Positions 56,446 to 64,000 of a DNA stretch of 64,000 nt are shown piece after piece. Below the pieces are notes generated by a model, which saw only the letters and a program-made list of their open reading frames with translations, was not told the origin of the DNA and searched no databases. Every line of letters begins with the position of its first letter. Position 1 is the stretch's first letter. The DNA comes from Orbicella franksi. Taxonomy: Eukaryota. The stretch spans positions 10,726,001 to 10,790,000 of the forward strand of contig OZ116710.1 in the NCBI GenBank assembly GCA_964199315.1. The letters are read 5' to 3'. The position numbers and the translations under genes are program-made.

Positions 56446-57198
56446 TGAAGTTCAAGTTGTTTCATTGTGACAGAAGGAAATAGCACAAACACGTGCTTTC
56501 TTTTTCCTTCTCATGTTGTTGACACACTGCCAACCTCAAGTAACGCCAAACAACTAATGACCTCTCATAACAATCGGCATTGTTGCTTACACTATTTTAG
56601 CATTACTCTTTCGTGGGACAACCTTTGTCGAAATCTCTGTGTAGAGAACTGTGGCAAACTCCCGCGATCTCAGTGCAATCTTGCGACCAACTGAGTCACA
56701 AAGCTGTAAATATCTCGATTTCTGCTAAGAGCAAATGACTGCTGCGCGAGCTAGACTGAGAAGGTTACAGGTATAATGTGCTCTTGATCGGCTTCGTTTG
56801 ACGCTGAAACAGATTAAAACACTCACTTGCTGAAAAGCAGCCAGGCTGGTATTTTATTAGACGACAAATCCCGTATCAAAAGCCAGCATTTGTCCAGACG
56901 CAAATGAAGTTTCACTTATGTAGGTATAATCTGTTTTATCGCAGGTGTTAGAAGCACTTGGATTTAAGAAAACTTCTTTTGGTATGTATGAATGTATTTG
57001 CAAGTATATTGACATTTGGTCCCGTTTCTCCACTTCTCCATCGTCGCCCCCTCACGTACCCCCCTAATTTGCGTCGGTTACTCATTACTGCTTCACATGT
57101 TTAGCCTACAAATACAGCTGTCTCTCGTTTTTCTCGTCGTTCTAGGCCGTAAAGCCAAACTGGCCGCACGAGCGATGTGATGTGGCAAAATTGGCGGG

Positions 57199-57270
57199 AA
57201 ATCTCGTTCCCACCACCGTTCTCTGTTTGGTTAACAACGCACGGGCCCTGGGAACGAGATTGGCTAGACG
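57199..57270. mobile_element. Short palindromic repeat (ctcgttccc...gggaacgag family)
   Basis: aatctcgttccca...tgggaacgagatt, the same family as 62416-62499. Confidence 0.65.
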
Positions 57271-58070
57271 GTTGACTAATGCGTAACTACAAGCATGCAA
57301 TGATACAGTAGACTGAATCACCAAGATCTTGATTTAAAACAGACTTTTGTCTTTGACCCGGTGTTTCTAATTAATGTTTTCAACCTGACAACATAAGTCG
57401 CGCCCGGTGAGACGACTGTAAAGTGGCCGACAAAAGTTCACGGAATTACTCGACTGAAATACGCTAGATTTTCTTCTAGTTTTATCGATTAAATTAATCT
57501 AGTAAAAACCACAGAACACTTTTTTGAAAGCGAAATATCAATCTGACGCTGGTTTATAGATCAAAATATTTGTTCTGAAGTAGTAAGAAACTCCTTTTAA
57601 CACGCTTAAGATTTCACTGGAAACGTTTCATTTTGCAATAATTGCCTTTTTAGACCTCTTTACTGGAACAACCGTCACGTTTTGCCATTTTCAGCACAGT
57701 TTAGTTGCATAAAGAAGCTTCGTCACGGCTTGCGCATCTTGAAAAGCTTAGCCTAAGCTTTTCAGGTTCGTCGTTTTTAATCCGTGTTAACCATCCTTGT
57801 TCCTTTATGGTTTCTTATTCTTCCTTTGGTGTCTTTCTATCTTAGTAAACCACTATTTTCAAGTTTCCTTCAAATTAAATGTAATTTGTACGTGGCCAAA
57901 ATAACGCAGACTGTCTGGAAGATCATTTACTTTTTTTCCACTCTCTGTAGCATTTAGCGAAAGCCACTTAGAAGTGACGAACCTAAAGCCTGATTTGATT
58001 CCAAGATTGTTCATTGAGACTTCTCAGTTAATCAGGTGTAGCTTTCGATTCGTGATCATGTTTTCGAATT

Positions 58071-61000
58071 ATGGAAACGAGAAATAATCTACATGTGGGA
58101 ATAGAACTCGACGAAATCAATTTGAAAGGTACATGCGTTGAAGAGTCACGATTTCAATGAAAGATTCTCGAACTTTGTAAGATATATACGTGTCAAGCAC
58201 TGATTAAGAATTTTGAAACACCTCGTTTTGAAAATCATTTGAAAGTCTCTCAATGCAGGAAAGGTCTTTTAATTGATCAATAATCTTTTTTTTCAGCCTC
58301 CACAGGAAGGGCAGATCTTCAGGAAAGAAGGAACAGTGCCCCTTTAACGGTACGGTCCCTAACAAGACAAGACAGAAAATCTTCATACTAACTCATCCCT
58401 TTGTTGAAGAGAAAGCTAATAAGTAACAGGTATTATTAAAAACTGGATCATGCAATTCGAAAGTTTTCAATGGCTTAGCCATCATGGGTTATGAGCCATT
58501 ATACCATGCTCTACAAATATGGTAAGTGTACTCGTGATTTTTTGGGGGGCGTTTTTTTTTTTAGTTTAGTTTTCTATATTTTGGGGGGGGGGGGTTTTAA
58601 TGAAACAATTATTCCTAGGATTATTCCTCTCACGCTTGTTGGATATGAAAGGATTATAGCCAGCTCGGGGCTATGCGCCTCGTTGGCTATCTATCATCTC
58701 ACATCCCACGCGCTCGTGGAATAATTGTTTATTAAATAATCCGCCTTTTTATTTTGATTGAGATGATACTTCAAACACTCAAGAAGTGTTTGAACACATT
58801 CCTAAACACTCCTAAGTTAGTCAAAAATATCCCGCTTGTATTTTAAGCTCTCTTCTCGGTGTTTAGAAATGTGATCAAACATGGTCTTTCGTGTTTGATA
58901 TATAACTTGGAATTTCTGCTGTTCAGGTTGGATTCCTCGAGAAAAAATGGCTCCAATCTGCAAGCCAAGGAAGTCTTCCTGGAATCTTGGCGTTACTAGA
59001 ACAAGATCCTAACCTTGTAACTACTCAGGTATAGCGATGTAATGCAAATCTTAGAATATTGATGGAGTAATTGCAGCATGAAATAGGAAAATGGAATAAT
59101 GAATAATTGTAAACTTATATATCAGAAGTACTGAAATTTGTCATTTTGTGTCCTTGAACCTGACTGGCAACGACACCCACAGGATTTTGTTATGGTAAGC
59201 GATTTCTGATTGGCCATTTTTCACATTCAGTTTATTCACTCTCTGTTTCTTTTGTCACCAGTTTTAGTTAATTCGATAATATCTTCTTCAGAACTAATTC
59301 ACTTTTCTTGTTTTCCTTGATTCCATTGCAATGATGTGGCAACAAAGGGAGTAAGTATATTGCATTTGTCATCAGCTTTCTGTTTTGTCCTTCATTTAAA
59401 GGTCAATTATCCTAATTGATTTGTTCTTTTTTCTCTTTCTACAAATGACCCCACCATGATGTGATGAACCTCTGAACGATTTAGTTTGTAAGTATATGTT
59501 TCCTTACAATATAACGCTGACAATAAGTTTTGAAACTATAGAAGTTTGCAATTTAACAAATTGACGTCAGGTTTTTATGCGTGTCCTTTTATTGTTGATA
59601 AATTGCGTCATAGCATTGTCAAAGTGGCTGTGGAACCACGAGCCGCAGGCAAGTGGTTCCGCAGTAAACTTTGACAATGTTATGACGAAATTTATCATCA
59701 ATAAGAGGACAGACGACAATGATGGACACCTGTCGAATATTTTTATTTTCTACCTACAGACCGCACTGCACTGGGCTGCGAAAAAAGGAAGAAAAGATAT
59801 AGTTGAAATACTGACAAATACAGGAATGGACGTAAATATTAAATCAGGAAGACCACAAGTCCTTTGTGAGAGTAATTTTCCTAGATCTTTTTTCTGTTGC
59901 AGAATATGAAAATTTGACTAAAGTATTTTTTCTTTCTTTTAAAATTCCTAAATTCCGGCTTTGGTATTGGACTTTCCAATTATTCTACAATCGGCCAGAA
60001 GGTAAGATTTTGCGATCAAATTTTCCTCTGCGTACTGCACAACTTAGCGTAATCTCGTTCTCAGGCTTCACTCCTTTGGTAATCAATGACAGGGCTTTCC
60101 GCTGACCATCTAGGCACACTATGGCTCACACTACTAACATTTATTAATTCTCTTTCATTTCCGGTTAATGATGACCTTGTAATCTTGTCTTTCTCACTAA
60201 AGGGGGTAAGTATTAAAAAGAAAGTTATGTTTATTTCGCGTGAATTTGAATACTGCAATGACGCCAAACCAGGTAGTCAATCGGCCTTCAACTTCCACAG
60301 CATCGATGGGAAATGAGGTACAAAAATGACTTGGAGAGCAAAGTAGCGGCTTTGAATTTTAGATCTGTTAATACGTCAGTGTCACGTAGTCACGCAACGC
60401 TACTAACGCCATTGAGAGAAGTTTGTAATGTGACGACCAAAATTACGGCTGCGACTAACCGAGCAGAGAACTGGGAACAAGCAAATCGCCAGAACGGGAA
60501 GCTCCTAGAGGAAAGAGGCGTGTCTAATTTTGTTACATTTTTGTTATAATTTGTTGACTTGATCTGTATGGTATGATTTCATTTTTCAGGGATACACCGC
60601 ACTTCATCTCGCCGTGATTCAAGGCCACGAGAGTATAATGGCTTCCCTGTTAGATTGCGGTACGAAAATATCTTTGGTCACCCTCTTCTTTGTTGCAAAC
60701 TACTGCGCACAACGAAGTGTTATAGCAAGAGAAAATGAGGGGGTTTATATTGATTGATTTGGAGTGGAACTATCAGCCAAGAAACTTCGAGAGCAAACAA
60801 ACGTTCTGAGAACTAGTGAATGTCAATTAAAACTCATATTTCCTATAGATTGGCCGGGGAGAAGTTTAAATTCCTCTTATTCTTTAATTTCGAGAACCAA
60901 ACAAGCAAAACTGAAGAAAATGACCGCGCTAGATCTGTGTGCTTGGCTAGAGGAAAACCAAAATCTATTTCAAGTTAACATTACGAGGCCATTTTTCGCT

Positions 61001-63793
61001 GGATTTTCTACTTCTCTGTGATCTAGAGAAAAAAACACCAACCGTTCTTAGTCTATTGCTCAAATAGTCTACCGGGTAGGAAAATTTCCAAATGCCAATA
61101 CCAAACTTATAACCGGCCTCTTTCTCTGTCTGATAGGAGCTGATATTGACGCCCGCGACAACAGCGGCCGGAAGCCAAAACACTACATAAAGGATGCCAC
61201 TTCACCGTGGATACAAAGTAAGATATCGTTCGGCTTGAAAACAGCGTCACTTTGCGACTGATGATAGCGAGCCTTTCAATGGTTATTTGTTAACAAATAA
61301 GACAACTGGGGAAACTTGAGCACTGAAAAGCGAGAAACTTTGTTTGCACTGGGTGAGGTACAGTCTTTGTCAATTTTCGTCAAGCAACGAACAGATATGT
61401 GGTAAGATAAACCGAGTCGAGGCACGGGAAAACCCGCGTAAGTCAAGTCGCGTCTGATTGGTTGAAAACCAAGCACAACAACTTTTCAATCAGTCAGAGA
61501 GCTCAGCCACAAACGCGTGAAAATCAAAGCAAATACTAAATTATTTTGCCCAATTCGCTGGACAAGATTTTTTACTGCGCGGCTTCATATTAAAGTAACT
61601 AATTGCCACGTGCATGGGCGTGTTCTTGATTTCTTTTATTCAGGTAAACTTGGGAAAAGACTGGCGCCATCGGGTTAGTATTTGTGCACTCATCCTTTTT
61701 CGCAGAACTCCTGTTGATATAAAATATAAAACTGATGACTGAAAGATTAAAAATTTCACTATACAATCCACTTCCACCCACGTAATCCTGTCCTCTCTCT
61801 GTACTGCTTTGTGGAATCTTTTTATTCGATTTATATGTATATTTGGTGGCATTTGGCAACATAATCGGGAAATGATGGAAGAGAACTTTCGATCTGAAAC
61901 CGCGGGGAGATTGTTCTTTAGGCCCCGTCCACACTACACTGGAGAAATCTGAAAACGCAACAGCCATCGATCATTTTGGATTCGTGTTTGAGTAAAACTT
62001 GGGCACGGAAACGTCATGGTTATCGTAAGCACGTCGTTTTCGAAAGGCTTGGTTTTCAAAATGTTTTCTGTCACTCAAACGCAAAGCCAGCATTTTCAAA
62101 TTCCTCCGTGTAGTGTGGACGAGACCTAAGAAACAAACATACACTAGATTATAATGGCAACATCATCAACACCGTAAAAAAACTACGCGACCAAAGGCTC
62201 ATTTAAAAAAAAAGGCCAAGCTCTTTCCAATATATCGTTTGTTTCTGTTTTAACCTTCCTGAGTGGTATTCATCCTTTCTTATTTTCGGTTTATTGCTTA
62301 TTCTTAGATGTTTTTCTACTTTAGTTTCTGAATATCTTGAGGTTTTTTTTTTTTCATGTAAAATAAGTTTTGTAGAGAAGAAAAGTGATGGTACTTCATG
62401 AATAAACTGACAGGACAACCTCGTTCCCAGGGTCTCTGTACTTCCCGCCCCCTGGAGCGAGAGAGGGGCGATAAGAAGAGAGACCCTGGGAACGAGGATA
62501 CTGACAGGAGTTTTTTTTTCCCTCTCGCAATTGTAGTATTCGTATCGTCAGGAGAGAACCGCAACAAAGGACTGCAAAACATCGGCTCCATATTCCTCCA
62601 GATGAAAGCACTGAGCAATTCGCTTGGGACAGGAATGGATAAACTAGACGGTGACAAAGGCGTGTTACCTTCTCCAAGACAGAAACCCGCAAGATCGGTA
62701 GGTAGAATAATTCCGATATTGAAAGTATAACATCATTAGCGCAAAACCTCTTCATTTGATCGAATGTTTGTGATGTTACGAAAACTACCGAACCGTGCCT
62801 GTTTGGACTCGAATGTTTGTACAGCCGGCGACCACACCCATTTTCTGGGCGTTGAAATTTTCATGTGTTAAAATATTTTAACACATTTGTCCACTTCCTT
62901 CCGTTTCCCCTTATTTGACCTTCGCTTGCTGTCAACTCACAACAGCACGAAAATATGTGTTCGGGTCTGCAAAAAAAAAAGTGGGAGTGGTCGCTGTACA
63001 AAAATTCGGCACCATTCCACGGTTCGGTGATATTTGTAGTAACGCCTGATATAAAATGGATCGTGCATGTGAGCCGCAAAGGGATCTTGTTTTAAAATCT
63101 TTTCTGAACTGAACATCACACGCCACAAGAGTTGCAGTCACCTTCTGAAACTTTGACACAGTATAACAGCCTCGCGCACAGGATTTTCAGCTTTGTCCGT
63201 TAGTTTTGAATGATCAGTCACTCTCGATCTTCGTGCGGATTTCATCTCACCATATAGTTTTTGACCATTTCCTGATCTACTGAATAGAATAAAGGGTGCA
63301 TTTGCGTAAGTAACGTTCTGGTCCTCATTTCCCATGCAGTTTGAGGGCTACCTCTCAGAGGAAATTACGGGGTCATTTTCCGGTACTGTAAATTACCTTA
63401 GAGTTAATAGACCATATTCGTATTCTCGGTATTGGACTGGACCTAGCTTGCAATGGAGGTTCATGCGGGGGAATATTTTGCATTTGAAAAGACTCCCCGC
63501 ATAATTAAGCCTCCATTGCAAGCTAGTTCCAGTCCAAAACCGAAAATACGAATATGGTCTATTCTATGCTTTCCATCTGTGATGCTTTGTTTTATTGGGA
63601 TTCAGATGTCAGTGACTCACCAGTGGTCTTCTCTTTATATATGATGAAAGAATCCAAACGTTTCGCTAATTCAAGAGTCGTTTAATTTTCAGGGATCGTT
63701 TGTAAAGATTTACAGAAACGTTACGGCTAAATTTAAGGACAAGAAACCGGTCTCGACATGCTCAAAGCTGGAGATTCCAGAAAGTACAGCCAG
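58071..63793 (+). CDS. Sowah: Sosondowah (Sowah)-like ankyrin repeat protein, 3' end beyond the window
   Basis: Exons 58071-58128 (first exon tentative), 58297-58349, 58927-59028, 59183-59194, 59348-59350, 59485-59487, 59760-59846, 59999-60001, 60203-60205, 60590-60659, 61137-61217, 61644-61673, 62537-62697, 63693-63793. Core reads LEKKWLQSASQGSLPGILALLEQDPNLVTTQ-DFVM-G-F-TALHWAAKKGRKDIVEILTNTGMDVNIKS-K-G-GYTALHLAVIQGHESIMASLLDC-GADIDARDNSGRKPKHY, which matches the SOWAH pattern (LE.EW...DF.SGFTALHWAAK...GGYT.LHLA...D.RD.SG.K...Y). Confidence 0.85.
58440..58900. repeat. Cluster of interspersed repeats in a Sowah intron
   Basis: Includes the palindromic aacaattatt...gttggatatga...tagcca.ctcg...cgcgcctcgttggcta...tcatctcacatcc...aataattgtt element and a block similar to 28960-29060. 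Confidence 0.6.
59183..59194 (+). CDS. Sowah: Sowah microexon, 12 nt (DFVM)
   Basis: cacag|GATTTTGTTATG|gtaagc. Confidence 0.85.
59348..59350 (+). CDS. Sowah: Sowah microexon, 3 nt (Gly)
   Basis: caaag|GGA|gtaagt. Confidence 0.75.
59485..59487 (+). CDS. Sowah: Sowah microexon, 3 nt (Phe)
   Basis: tttag|TTT|gtaagt. Confidence 0.75.
59999..60001 (+). CDS. Sowah: Sowah microexon, 3 nt (Lys)
   Basis: gccag|AAG|gtaaga. Confidence 0.7.
60203..60205 (+). CDS. Sowah: Sowah microexon, 3 nt (Gly)
   Basis: taaag|GGG|gtaagt. Confidence 0.75.
61921..62126. mobile_element. PIF/Harbinger-type MITE
   Basis: ggccccgtccacactacac / gtgtagtgtggacgagacc, flanked by TTA/TAA. Confidence 0.75.
62416..62499. mobile_element. 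Short palindromic repeat immediately upstream of a Sowah acceptor
   Basis: cctcgttcccagggtctct / agagaccctgggaacgagg. Confidence 0.8.
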
Positions 63794-64000
63794 GTGAGTT
63801 AGATAGATCTCCTTGAAAGTCTTGGAAAGGTCTTAGCTCTCTTACTTCAGCTTCCATGGGAAATACCAATTAGATCGCGGTTTGTGCTGGCCTTAAATGG
63901 CCAATAAACATTCCAGTTCACATACATTTTGTTTTGCTGCAAATCAGATTTTACTGTGAAGACAATTTTCTTTAATCTTTCCCTTTGCATTGTAGTTATT

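Noticed and set aside
58491-58530. ATG...TATG|GTAAGT as a Sowah exon
   Set aside because: It is part of an interspersed repeat, and the flanking exons 58349>58927 already join in phase.
59832-59837. Canonical GTAAAT donor for the TALHW exon
   Set aside because: It would remove VNIKS and break the ankyrin consensus spacing. It is kept only as an alternative to test.

Overview
Eukaryotic, intron-rich, AT-rich animal DNA. The repeat families and gene sequences suggest a scleractinian coral or other anthozoan (inference). Exon chains were spliced by hand and checked for phase consistency. Left to right: (1) an unidentified minus-strand multi-exon gene running off the left edge, modelled with 8-nt and 10-nt microexons; (2) a young ~760-bp insertion of tandem and inverted 216-nt units, each carrying a minimal type I hammerhead ribozyme (retrozyme/Penelope-like), inside a MITE and flanked by a target-site duplication; (3) a complete 7-exon Iroquois (Irx) TALE homeobox gene, minus strand, 442 aa; (4) ~11 kb with no identified gene; (5) a complete AP-1 gamma adaptin gene (AP1G1, minus strand, 24 coding exons, 841 aa) sharing a short divergent promoter with (6) a 3-exon RBIS/C8orf59-like gene; (7) a Sowah-like ankyrin gene (plus strand, runs off the right edge). 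The Sowah-like ankyrin repeats can only be rebuilt with one 12-nt and four 3-nt microexons plus an apparent non-canonical GG splice donor. Irx and Sowah lie ~38 kb apart, echoing the bilaterian Irx-Sowah regulatory block. No CRISPR array, rRNA or intact tRNA was found. Most short ORFs in the supplied track are spurious or repeat-derived.
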